A stretch of DNA of 63,363 nt, the filler included, from Octopus bimaculoides (Eukaryota): NCBI RefSeq assembly GCF_001194135.2. It is 5 parts of 4 records of this genome, joined end to end, with 100 filler letters (N's around TTAATTAATTAA, not from the genome) between each part and the next. Parts side by side here need not be neighbours in the genome. Positions count along the whole stretch, not along the records: positions 47,885 to 52,290 come from NC_068985.1; positions 52,391 to 63,363 come from NC_068990.1; 3 more parts are not named here. One strand, written 5' to 3'. The notes under the pieces are model-generated. The model searched no databases. It was not told the DNA's origin and saw only the letters and a list, made by a program, of their open reading frames with translations. Both the position numbers and the translations under genes were made by a program. Positions 50,416 to 62,260 of this stretch are shown piece after piece (position 1 is the stretch's first letter; each line of letters starts with the position of its first letter).

Positions 50416-51978
50416 GTTCACCTACTTTTTGTTTTTTAGCCGATACAAGCATTAATAAGCATTCTCTGAGACGTTAAGTTACATTTTTAGAAAATTCATA
50501 GTGTACCAGGACATCACTTGCCGTGCAACATTTGAAACTATTTAGAAAGAATAGTTAAATCTCCTTCAAACACACGAAGACTACTGCTTTATAGAATGAA
50601 ACTATATAATAGAATATGCGATCTTATTTAGATTTCTCGTATTGGTTTTGTCTGCAAGAAATATACCTGGCAGTGTTCTACGTAGCCTCTTCGAGACTTG
50701 TGAGGTTGACTTGATATTTGTTACATATACCGCACCTAGTAAAAAGATCGGTTGGTCAAAACTGAAACTTACATAAAAAGTCCACTGTATCAAGGTTAAA
50801 CTGAGACTAACAAACACTACTATACCCTCACCACCACCACTACTACCACCTCTACCACCGCAGCTACTGCTACTAACAATGACGACAATAAACTCACGTC
50901 TTCACATATTGGCTTCTCTTTTCATATTAGGTGTTGCAATAAATGTTATAAGGTGAAAAATAACTTTAGTCTCATTGAACGCTTGTACCATGGACAGAAA
51001 ATTCATCCACTGGCGTAAACAACAGAGACGCTATATAAGAAACATTTGTGTCGCTGGAAGTGTTGAGTTTCAAAGCCATTAAGCGAGTTAAAATAATTGC
51101 AGAAATAAATTGAGGTGTTGCAATAGAAATACAAAAGGAGATGGAAATTGCAAGCACGGGAAAGCTGAAGTAAACTGTATAGGATATATGGCTCACAATA
51201 GACAATAGAGGATTGCTCTTCTAAAGAGGGGAGTGCTAGATACCATAATACCCTAGAGCTATTCTGGAGTTGAATCCTGTTGCATGCGCAATCAGAAAAT
51301 GAATGAAACTTTTCACAGAAAGAACAAATGTCAAACGTAGCAGTAAGGACTATAAGTGCTTTCAGCCTAGAGGAGCTTGAAGAAAGAGAGAGGGGACGAG
51401 AAGGAGAAGGAAAGAGAGAGAATGTACGAGACAGAAAATGTGGGTGGAGTGTCAGAGAAAAAGCGGAGCAGACAGAAAAAAAATAATATCAACAACGATA
51501 GAGCAACAAAAACAACTAAATGAAACAAAAGGTAGATATCTTTGTTGGTTATAAGAGATATCGTCGCATCTTAGGAATGTGTTTTTAGTTGATTGTTTGA
51601 CTTAGATGTGAATGTTCGGCTAAATACATGGACAATTTTAATCTCGATTGTGACCAAAAGATTAATAGCTTGCAACTTTAACCTTAATAGAAGACAGCTT
51701 GTTATCAATAAACTAAATATCTTGATTGTATGCTAACAATCTTCAATTATTGAAAAGACATCGATTTTCAATCAGAACAGTAGAAATTTGATTCGATTCG
51801 CTTGGAAACTGAAGTAATAGTAAAAATAATAAATAATAATTTGGTAGATCGGTACAAGGTCTCAAATTTGTCAGTATGTGATAATGTCGATTAAATTGAC
51901 ATCACTCTACGACTCGTTCTTGTTTTAATTGGCTTTCAGCAGATTCTGTCAATCACTATCCTCTATTATTGTTGCAGC

Positions 51979-51979
<1 letters not shown>

Positions 51980-52012
<33 letters not shown>

Positions 52013-52290
52013 ATTATTATTATTGTTCAGTAGTTTTATTTTTATAACGTGCTTTCACTTCACTACCGAGCGCAGCTCTGTGTGCCTTGGGTATGTGCTG
52101 TGGTTTGCTGTGATGCTCTTATGGTTACTGTATTGAAAGTGTTTTGCGTAGGATGTGTGCAGTGCCCAGTAGTGCAATTTTCTGTATGTTATATATATTT
52201 GTAAGTCCTGGTGTTTTTGTTATGTATTTGTCTGAATATTTTTTTATTATACCTAAGGCACCTACTATGATAGGAATTGTTTCTGTTTTT
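51980..52290 (-). mobile_element. R4/Dong-like non-LTR retrotransposon 3' end (RLE C-terminus, UTR, AAT/AAC tail)
   Basis: Minus strand KTETIPIIVGALGIIKK...IQKIALLGTAHILRKTLSIQ* is the typical R4-clade C-terminus. Confidence 0.85.
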
Positions 52291-52655
52291 NNNNNNNNNN
52301 NNNNNNNNNNNNNNNNNNNNNNNNNNNNNNNNNNTTAATTAATTAANNNNNNNNNNNNNNNNNNNNNNNNNNNNNNNNNNNNNNNNNNNNGTATGTATGT
52401 ATGTATGCCTGCATGTATATATGCATGGATCTATGTATATATGGATTTATGTATGTATGTATGTATGTATGTATGTATGTACGTTTGCTTGTATTTATGC
52501 GTGTATTATGATGTATGTCTTTATGCATCCATGCATGCATGGATGCATTTATGTATGTATTGCTTGTTAAGTTTCCCGCAGCAATATCTTTGTGTGTTTG
52601 GATGGATGAGTGTGTGTGCGCCATATTCATTCATACGATTACACACACACACATA

Positions 52656-52686
<31 letters not shown>

Positions 52687-52711
52687 GCTCATCTTCTGTC
52701 TTCTAATTGCT

Positions 52712-53395
52712 CCATTTGACTGCGGCCATGCTGGAGCTCTCTCTTGGATAATTTTTATTCGAATGATTCGACCCCACTACCTATTTTTTTTTTTTTTTTA
52801 ATTTTTAGCCTGGAACTTATACTATCGGTTCTTTTGCTGAACTGCTAAGTTACAAGGACGTAAACACACCTACACCAGTTACTAAGCGGTGGTGCAGGAC
52901 AAACATAAACACAGACATATACGCAAATACCCCCCCCCCCCNNNNNNNNNNNNNNNNNNNNNNNNNNNNNNNNNNNNNNNNNNNNNNNNNNCACACAAAT
53001 ACCCACATGCACACATATGCACGTACACATACACGGCGAGCTGGCAGAATCGTTAGCACGCCGGGCGAAATGCTTGGCGGTATTTCGTCTGCCGTTACGT
53101 TCTGAGTTCACATTCCACTGAGGTCGACTTTGCTTTTCATCCATTCGGGGGTCGATTAAATAAGTACCAGTTATGCACTGGGGTCGATGTAATCGAGTTA
53201 ATCCCTTTGTCTGTCCTTGTTTGTCCCCTCTGTGTTTAGACCCATGTGGGCAATAAAGAAATATACGCAACTATTAAATCCACTCACAAGGTTGCGGTCG
53301 GCCCAAGATTATAGTAGATGGTACTAGTTCAAGGTGCCACGTACTGGGAGAGAACCCACAAACTTGTGGTTGGGGAGTAAACACAGCTACCGTTT
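52712..53395 (-). mobile_element. SINE B interrupted in its central microsatellite by an opposite-strand SINE C
   Basis: Tail at 52712-52930, head/CORE at 53270-53395. Confidence 0.75.
53034..53262 (+). mobile_element. SINE C (long-tail variant)
   Basis: Closely matches 4271-4498. Confidence 0.9.
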
Positions 53396-53444
53396 GCTAG
53401 TGGGATCAACAAAAGCAGCATTTAATTCAATTTTATACACATTG

Positions 53445-53935
53445 GCGCAGGCATGGAGTAAGAAGCCTGCATCTCAAGCACATGGTTCCAGGTTCAGTCC
53501 CACTGCGTGGAATCTTGAGCAAGTGTCTTCTACTATGGATCGGACCGACCATAGTCTTGCAAGGTCTTCTACTGTAGCCTCGGGCCGACCAAAGCCTTGT
53601 GAGTGGATTTGGTAGACAGAAATTGAAAGAAGCTCGTCGTGTATATATATATATATGTGTATATACATATATATATGTGTATATACATATATATATGTGT
53701 GTGTGTGTGTGTGTGCGTGCGCGCGCGTTTGTTTGTCTGACCAACATCACCTGATAATCGATGCAGGTGTGTTTACGCCCCTGTCAATCATCAGTTCGGC
53801 AAAAGAGGCCGATAGAATAAGTACTAGGTTTACAAAGAATAAGTCCTGGGCTTAATTTGCTCGACTACAGGTGGAGCTCCAGCAGGGTCACAATTAAACG
53901 ACTGAAACAAATAAAAGAATAAGAAGAATATATAT
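53445..53935 (+). mobile_element. SINE B, full length, with an internal ~40-bp duplication
   Basis: gtcttctact...gaccatagtc / gtcttctact...gaccaaagcc repeated at about 53524 and 53564. Confidence 0.88.
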
Positions 53936-53979
53936 AATATAATATAATATAATATAATATGATATATATTTATTTATAT

Positions 53980-54140
53980 GCGTGGTGGATATGTGGTAAG
54001 AAGTTTGCTCCCCAGTTACATGTTCTCTCGTTCAATCTCGCTGCGTGACACGTTCGGCAAATGTCTTCAACTATAGCCTTGAGCCAACCAATGACCTGTG
54101 AGTGGACTTGGTGGACGGAAACTTGAAGAAGGCCGACATA
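53980..54140 (+). mobile_element. SINE B 5' half
   Basis: gtggtaagaagtttgctcccc...ggcaaatgtcttcaactatagcc...gacggaaacttgaagaag. Confidence 0.8.
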
Positions 54141-54378
54141 TACATATATATGTGCGTGCGTGTGTGTGTGTTTAATGAAATATACGTACGGAGACATCTG
54201 ATGAGACCCCAATAAGTGTCGAAAATCAAGTAAGTTTGTTCATAATTTTTACGTACAATCTACGGAGAAGTAAGTGATTTTGACATGTTTCTATCTCTGA
54301 ATTGGTCCACTCTTATACGTATATACATACGTATATATATATATATATAATATATACGAAAAAATAACAACAGACAGA

Positions 54379-54421
<43 letters not shown>

Positions 54422-54501
54422 ATAAACAAAGATAAGATCGATATTTAAAATATTGATCTTATCAAGTGGCCAAGCGTGGTGGTATCTCTTAGATACCCTA
54501 T

Positions 54502-54543
<42 letters not shown>

Positions 54544-54583
54544 NNNNNNNNNNNNNNNNNNNNNNNNNNNNNNNNNNNNNNNN

Positions 54584-54617
<34 letters not shown>

Positions 54618-55387
54618 TGTTCAAGAAGAAAAAGGGAACAAAAAATCCAGGCAGTTATCAATAAATCTGTTTTAAATGAATTTAGTTAACTATTTCAAAC
54701 AATCATACTTAATAAATTCAAACTAATGCCTCATGTATGAAAAGTAGATCCAAACATTATGTAGAAGAATTTCGAGAAATTCAGAGTATTAGATAAGAAA
54801 ATGCGAATAGAGAAGAACCACTTTCTAATTGCAGAATTTTCTTTTCAAACCGGCTATTGTTTCTGTGTCAACATATTTAGACATAAAAAATATGATTGAA
54901 ATTCATATATTCGAAAATACACGTTAGCACAACGTTTTCAAGACGACCCAAAATAAGTTAAAGTAAAAGTGAACTATGGAAATATTTCCACTACACGAAC
55001 GCATAGAAAACGAACGCTAAGAAGAAATATAATCTAAGAAAGCTACTTTTGTATTGAAAATTCAGTGACGTCAGTGGATAACGAAAAAATAGAGAAAATA
55101 AACAAGAATTCTACGTTACGACAATTAGAAACATATAGACAGAACATCACGACAATTAGTTATCTATTTATTAGAATTATGCTCATATTATGTAACATAT
55201 GAAAAGTTATTATAATTAAGAATTGAAATATTTTAATGCCTTCCAAAATTTCGGATATAGAAATTTCAATGATACTTTTTATATCTAAATATATTGACAC
55301 AACAGACAATGTCGAATTTGTAAGGGAAATTCTACAATTAAAGATGTGATTTTCTCTCTCCGTATTTTGTGGTTATATATTTTTCAG

Positions 55388-56756
55388 TTTCTTTTTTCTT
55401 TTTGTTGTTTCAGCTCAGAGCTGTGGCCATGCTGGGGCACCGCCTTTTTGCTGCACTGTTATTACTGAGTTACTCCTCGAATAAATTTCACTTGGTGAAG
55501 AAGAGAGTTTGATGTTACTACTTTCATTTGCTCCTCTTGCGGTGAAGTAGAGTCATCTGGGACTCGCAACTGGAACAAGTCCAATTTTGATTTGAAAACA
55601 CCTACATCCACTTTGTGTAGGTCTCTCAGGTTCTTTGGGAGAATATTAAAAAGCTGTGGGTCCCTGAAACCAAGCTGTTGCAGTAACTGGTCCTGAAGCG
55701 CGATGGCGTTGCTAGGATGTTCGACACTGTGCAGTTTCGACCTGTTCTTGCATTGGTATAGCTTTCCATGCTAAACTTTGGCACAATTCCTTCCAGGATC
55801 TTCCAAATGTATATTACTGCATACCTCTCCCGTCCTCGCCTTTCCTAGGAGCTGTTGCAACGTGACAATCGTCTTTGTGAAACTTCGCTGGATTGCTTCA
55901 AGGTCTGCTGTTAATTTTACACTGTTGGGTGACCATAGCCGGGAGCAGTAGTCCAGGCGGCTGAGAACGAATGTCCTCCAGAAGACCATCATGGTTTCCT
56001 TCTCTCTGGTTCTGAACGTTCTCAGGTTTCATCCAGCCAGTCGACTGCACTTTGTCGCCATCCTGGTAATGTGCACTTGGAAAGAGGTATCATCACTCAT
56101 GTCGATACACAGGTACCTTAATGATTTAGTGTATGGGATTATAATTCCCTGGGGACCAGTGTACCCTGTAAGATTCATATTCAGTTTTGGACGCTGATAG
56201 CGCAGGGCTTAGAGCCTTTCAGCATTAAACTGCCTATTATTATCCTCAGTCTATCTATAAATTGAGTTCAACTCCTGCTGCAGGCATGCAGCATCGCTGG
56301 GATTCTGTATTTTCTGCGAGACTTTAATATCGTTTGCGTAGTTAGCAAGAGTGGCTATCCGAGCAGTTGAGGGCATATCTGAGAGGGCCACAATGGAAAG
56401 CAGTGGTCCCAAGACAGTGCCCTGTGGAACACCACTCACTATTTGTGTTTTCTTTAAGGTGACTCCATTGGCCACTACTGCTTGACTTGATTTTTAAGTC
56501 ATAGAACCACTCTCCAAGTTTTCCAACTATGCCGAGATCACGCAGTTTGTGGCATATCTAACCATGATCCACTTTATCAAAAGCTTTTACAACATCAAGG
56601 TATATTACGTCGACATTTGAGTTGTTGAGTAACTGCCTCAACACCCAGTAATAGTGTTGTAAGAGCTGGGTCAGGCAGTTCCTCACTGGTCGAAAGCCAT
56701 GCTGGATATTATCACTCAGCAAGTTATTTTCTTCAAGGAATGCGATTAGTTTCCCT
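55388..56756 (-). mobile_element. 5'-truncated CR1/L2-like LINE (RT through 3' tail), pseudogene
   Basis: QHGFRP, LTQLLQHY, KAFDKVDH, SGVPQGTVLGPLL, YAND, SRLDYCSRLWSP, LEAIQRSFTK and VPDD...SNSLLHQ; short UTR ending in ggcggtgccccagcatggccacagctctgagctgaaac plus an A-rich tail. Confidence 0.92.
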
Positions 56757-56929
56757 GACAGACAGAGAGACAGGGAGCGAGGGAGAGGGAGGGAAAGAGG
56801 GAGGGAAAGAGAGAGAGATTTGGTTACTATTTCTGGTTGCCTGTGAAGCCACGAACAGGATCTCTCGTTAAACCGTTTCTGCAGTTATTGCAGTTGCTGC
56901 TGCTGCAAGCTCAGGATTCTGGGATTGAT

Positions 56930-57038
56930 GGTGGTGATGATGATGATGAGGATGATGATGATGATGGTGAAGACGACGCCAACGAGAACGACGGTGACGG
57001 TTCTTCATGCCGATGGTATGCTTCCGGATCATCATCAC

Positions 57039-57075
<37 letters not shown>

Positions 57076-57076
57076 G

Positions 57077-57108
<32 letters not shown>

Positions 57109-57218
57109 GTCATCATCATCATGATGATCATCATCATGATGATCATCATCATCACCATCATCTTCATCATCATCATCATCATCATCACCATCACCATCAT
57201 CATCATCACCATTATCGC

Positions 57219-57256
<38 letters not shown>

Positions 57257-57285
57257 CCATCATCTTCATCATCACCATCACCATC

Positions 57286-57316
<31 letters not shown>

Positions 57317-57713
57317 CCATCATCATCNNNNNNNNNNNNNNNNNNNNNNNNNNNNNNNNNNNNNNNNNNNNNNNNNNNNNNNNNNNNNNNNNNNNNNNNN
57401 NNNNNNNNNNNNNNNNNNNNNNNNNNNNNNNNNNNNNNNNNNNNNNNNNNNNNNNNNNNNNNNNNNNNNNNNNNNNNNNNNNNNNNNNNNNNNNNNNNNN
57501 NNNNNNNNNNNNNNNNNNNNNNNNNNNNNNNNNNNNNNNNNNNNNNNNNNNNNNNNNNNNNNNNNNNNNNNNNNNNNNNNNNNNNNNNNNNNNNNNNNNN
57601 NNNNNNNNNNNNNNNNNNNNNNNNNNNNNNNNNNNNNNNNNNNNNNNCATCACCATCATCATCATCATCACCATCACCATCATCATCATCACCATCATCA
57701 TCATCACCATCAC

Positions 57714-57771
<58 letters not shown>

Positions 57772-57797
57772 GCCGTCGTCGTCGTCGTCGTCGTCAT
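56930..57797. repeat. (GAT)n/(CAT)n/(CGT)n array with gap
   Basis: Direct reading. Confidence 0.95.
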
Positions 57798-57959
57798 CGG
57801 TCATTGCTACTTAGCAGCAGATCAACTCCGATCACGCACGGATCTACATCTGAAAAGTCTTCCAAATATGCCCACCACGTCTTAATTACACTGAAATCGT
57901 TTTCACAGTTAATTATATCAACCAAAATTGCAACCGTTCTGCTGTCATTTTGATGGTGC

Positions 57960-58350
57960 AGCCGTCGTCATCGTTGTTGTTGTTGTTGCAGCTGCTGTTG
58001 TTGCAGTTGCTGTCGTCTTTGTCGTTGTTGTTGTTGTTGTTCTTGTTCTTGCGAATATTGTCGTTTTTTTTTGTTGTTGTTGCTCTTACTATTGCATTTG
58101 TCATTGTTGTTGTTGTTGCTGCAGCTGCTGTTGTTTTTGTGCTTTTGTTGTTATTGTTGTTGTTGGTGTTGTTTTGTTGTCATCGTGCCCTTCACTACTG
58201 CTCCTCCCGTTTCTTTTAGCTGCTGCTGCTGGTGTTTTTGTTGTTGTTACTATTATCACCGTTCCTGTTATTGAGATTGTTTTTTTTTTGTGGTGGTCGT
58301 CATCACCGCTGTTGTTGTTGTTGTAATTGTTGTTATTGTTGTTGTTGCTG
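57960..58350. repeat. Degenerate (GTT)n/(GCT)n array
   Basis: Direct reading. Confidence 0.9.
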
Positions 58351-58530
58351 TTGTCGATACCACCGTTGTTCTTTCGTCTCACTTCGAGCAGGCATTTTAT
58401 GATCAAAGACATTCCTGCAATGTTATCCTCTCTCACAGACGTTCTACGTTCTCTTGTTTTCTTATTTTATTATTGTTCTTGTTGTTGTTCTTCTTGTGTG
58501 TGTTGCGATTTTCACCCGGTCTGTACACAC

Positions 58531-58592
<62 letters not shown>

Positions 58593-59574
58593 ATACGTAG
58601 ATTTACGTTATAATATACAATGCTAGTGTTTGCATTTAAAAACATACTTATGTATGGATATACATATATATATATGTATACATACATATGCAGACACACA
58701 TATATACATACATATATATANNNNNNNNNNNNNNNNNNNNNNNNNNNNNNNNNNNNNNNNNNNNNNNNNNNNNNNNNNNNNNNNNNNNNNNNNNNNNNNN
58801 NNNNNNNNNNNNNNNNNNNNNNNNNNNNNNNNNNNNNNNNNNNNNNNNNNNNNNNNNNNNNNNNNNNNNNNNNNNNNNNNNNNNNNNNNNNNNNNNNNNN
58901 NNNNNNNNNNNNNNNNNNNNNNNNNNNNNNNNNNNNNNNNNNNNNNNNNNNNNNNNNNNNNNNNNNNNNNNNNNNNNNNNNNNNNNNNNNNNNNNNNNNN
59001 NNNNNNNNNNNNNNNNNNNNNNNNNNNNNNNNNNNNNNNNNNNNNNNNNNNNNNNNNNNNNNNNNNNNNNNNNNNNNNNNNNNNNNNNNNNNNNNNNNNN
59101 NNNNNNNNNNNNNNNNNNNNNNNNNNNNNNNNNNNNNNNNNNNNNNNNNNNNNNNNNNNNNNNNNNNNNNNNNNNNNNNNNNNNNNNNNNNNNNNNNNNN
59201 NNNNNNNNNNNNNNNNNNNNNNNNNNNNNNNNNNNNNNNNNNNNNNNNNNNNNNNNNNNNNNNNNNNNNNNNNNNNNNNNNNNNNNNNNNNNNNNNNNNN
59301 NNNNNNNNNNNNNNNNNNNNNNNNNNNNNNNNNNNNNNNNNNNNNNNNNNNNNNNNNNNNNNNNNNNNNNNNNNNNNNNNNNNNNNNNNNNNNNNNNNNN
59401 NNNNNNNNNNNNNNNNNNNNNNNNNNNNNNNNNNNNNNNNNNNNNNNNNNNNNNNNNNNNNNNNNNNNNNNNNNNNNNNNNNNNNNNNNNNNNNNNNNNN
59501 NNNNNNNNNNNNNNNNNNNNNNNNNNNNNNNNNNNNNNNNNNNNNNNNNNNNNNNNNNNNNNNNNNNNNNNNNN

Positions 59575-59630
<56 letters not shown>

Positions 59631-59835
59631 TGTGTGTATGTTTGTGTTTGTTTCCCGAACATCACTTGACAAACGACGGTGGTGCGTTTACGTCCCCGTA
59701 ACGAAGCCGTTCGGCAAAAGAGACCGATTGAATAAGTACTAGGCTTCCAAAGAATAATTCCTGGGCTCGATTTACACGACTAAAGGCGGTGCTCCAGCAT
59801 GGCTGCAGTGAAATGACTGAAAGAAGTAAAAGAGT
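59575..59835 (+). mobile_element. SINE B 3' half with (TG)n
   Basis: ggcggtgctccagcatggctgcagtgaaatgactgaaa. Confidence 0.88.
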
Positions 59836-60224
59836 ATATATATCCACTGGGAATGAATTTGAGTAACGTATGGATTATTTAAATTTAGCTTTAACCTGCT
59901 CATTCTTATAAACACCAAATAGCTATTTACCTCGCTATGTGAACGGGTGTGAACCAAACCACACGTGCGTGTACTTACACCGTGAATGCTTGTACGAGCG
60001 AGTATACATGTGCTATGCAGCCTGCGTGAGGGCGCTTATACATCCATATCTGCAAACGTTTATTTTAAATACTTTTCTCGCTGTATTGTGCATTCGTTTC
60101 TTTTTTGCATCTGCTATTTTATTTTTTGTCTTCTCTATAAATGAAGATATATTCTTTGTTTGGCTGCTTTTCTTTACACGAAATGAGAACATACATTACG
60201 GAACTGATTAATTTAGCGAGTTAT

Positions 60225-60390
60225 ATCTATTCATCACCCGAAGAAACACACCTGCACCGTCGGATGCACCTGAACCAGTTGTAAGTATCCCAACCGTAAG
60301 GGATGGATGCTAGATGTGTCGAAACAATTGTGATTAATAAAAATTCTCGTACTTTACATCTTTCGTCTTTCATTTACCATATGTATATAA
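60225..60390 (+). mobile_element. Penelope-like 3' end with decayed hammerhead-like motif
   Basis: atcac-CCGAAGA-aacaca...tgtgtc-GAAACAATTGT-gat-taataaa; palindromic ACAATTGT. Confidence 0.55.
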
Positions 60391-60840
60391 TAAAATGAAT
60401 AATGACATATGATAAATAATTGTCTGTTCATTACTGCTGAAAATGCGTTCTCCTATTTAATAGTTGACCTCTACAGATCTCAGCCACATCCCTGCTGTAT
60501 TCTTCGGTTGTTCTTTTATTTGTAGAATTACTTCTCATCTGATGCATATATACATATACATATGCATATAAATACATATACACATATATATGTAAATATA
60601 TATATATATATATATATAAATATATATATATATGTATTATCATATGTATTTATTTTCTCTTAGTTAATAATTAACTCCGACAAAATAGATTGGTTAATAG
60701 ATACCAGGGTAGCAAAGATCACAAAGTGACTGTGGTGTAACTCCTGTTTATGAGTTAGAAACTCCCTGTTATTTTGGACATTTGAGTAAATATAAAAATT
60801 TAAGAAATGGAGTAATACGCATATGTGAAATGAATTCTTT

Positions 60841-60932
60841 TATTTCCGACATATGTTTCGAAGATTACAAATTGTTCCTTCCAAAGGAATAAGTGATGTT
60901 GATAAAGATGTAATCTTCTCTTCAGAGAAATA
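60841..60932 (-). ncRNA. Type I hammerhead ribozyme
   Basis: tatttct-CTGAAGA-gaagattaca...tgtaatcttc-GAAAC-ATAT-GTC-ggaaata; perfect palindrome ACATATGT in stem III. Confidence 0.85.
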
Positions 60933-60973
60933 CATAGGATCCAACTTGTCTTACGGTTAAGTTGGATCCTATG

Positions 60974-61065
60974 TATTTCCCTGAAGAGAAGATTACATCT
61001 TTATCAACATCACTTATTCCTTTGGAAGGAACCATTTGTAATCTTCGAAACACATGTCGGAAATA
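60974..61065 (+). ncRNA. Type I hammerhead ribozyme
   Basis: Stem I tatttcc/ggaaata (7 bp), CTGAAGA at 60981-87, stem II 10 bp (60988-97/61037-46), GAAA at 61047-50, GTC at 61056-58, AATAAA directly after. Confidence 0.88.
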
Positions 61066-61117
61066 AAAGAATTCATTTAACATATGCTTATTACCCCATT
61101 TATTAAATTTATATATA

Positions 61118-61169
<52 letters not shown>

Positions 61170-61667
61170 TCTTTCTATGCATTATGTATGTATGTGTATA
61201 TTAACGAATAAAACTGGGACACGTTAGCGGTAACAATTTTTATAATTTCGCAAACATACATACATACATACATACATACATACATACATGCATGCATATA
61301 TAGTAGTATGTGCAACACACTGACTAAATACCAATCTTGAGAAATGAGGCTTCTCAAAACCCGAAAAAAGAAACCTAATTCGAAGACAACAGATCCAATC
61401 CAACACTGGAACTGTTCAAATTTAAGATTAGCAATTAAATAATATAAGCATGTCTAGATATGAACTATATGCATGAGAATATATACATAAAGCAAAACAT
61501 ACAAATCTGCACATATACGCACACATGCATACAAAAATACCCTGTTGGTAATGTTGAAATTCCAGTGGAGGAGCCTAAAAATCTTGAAATGAAACTGAAC
61601 AATGGCATGCATGCATAAACACATAGACATACAGATAGATAGGCAGTTACATATATATATATATGTC

Positions 61668-61740
61668 CGTCACAGGGTTGCTCATTTTTGCCAGCTGAGT
61701 GAACGTCAGCGAGAGGAAATGAAGTGTATTGTTCAAGGCA
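61668..61740 (-). mobile_element. SINE E fragment
   Basis: gtccgtcacagggttgctcatttttgccagctgagtg...gaaatgaagtg matches 63030-63095. Confidence 0.7.
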
Positions 61741-61742
61741 GT

Positions 61743-61781
<39 letters not shown>

Positions 61782-61785
61782 AATA

Positions 61786-61975
61786 TATGAGTATATGCAT
61801 ATATATGTACATGTATGTACATTCTTTCATCTACATGTACATATAGATACATAACTGGGTACATGACGTGGCAAAAGAACATGAACAAAATGATAAACAA
61901 TGTACAACAAACAAGCAAGCCACATAGAAACATCTCCTTCATCAGCTGCCACCATTAAAACACCGGCGTTTCGAT
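61786..61975 (-). mobile_element. Repeat family G (PLE-end-like), copy 2
   Basis: Aligns with 17670-17880. Confidence 0.65.
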
Positions 61976-62022
61976 ATATATATAATACTGTATGTGTGTG
62001 TGTGAGTGTACATTAAGAGAGC

Positions 62023-62069
<47 letters not shown>

Positions 62070-62129
62070 GAATAGACAGACAGATAGATAAATAGATGTA
62101 GATGAAGGTAAGCGCATGTTTGTGTGCGC

Positions 62130-62260
62130 TTATTCCAACGTAAACAGTTTATTATATTAGTATACACATGCTTGCTTTTTTTGCATGATTTAGCTTTCGG
62201 CGAATAAGCACAGCCAATGTTAAAAGGCTCATCTACATAATTGTATCTTGAATGGTGTCT
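62130..62260 (-). mobile_element. Probable PLE 3' end with decayed hammerhead-like motif
   Basis: Minus strand TAGATGA-gcc...gcc-GAAA-GC-TA, followed by AATAAA. Confidence 0.4.

Larger units (their letters stand above)
60792..61115. repeat. ~155-bp-arm inverted repeat with 11-nt spacer (inverted PLE pseudo-LTR-like ends)
   Basis: Arms about 60792-60947 and 60959-61115; spacer gtcttacggtt; about 3 differences in the inner ~115 bp. Confidence 0.95.

Noticed and set aside
56837-58436. Long poly-His/Asp/Met/Ile/Val ORFs, plus similar YI/CV/HT-repeat ORFs throughout the track
   Set aside because: These are translations of trinucleotide and dinucleotide microsatellites and N-gaps, open in several frames at once with no domain content.
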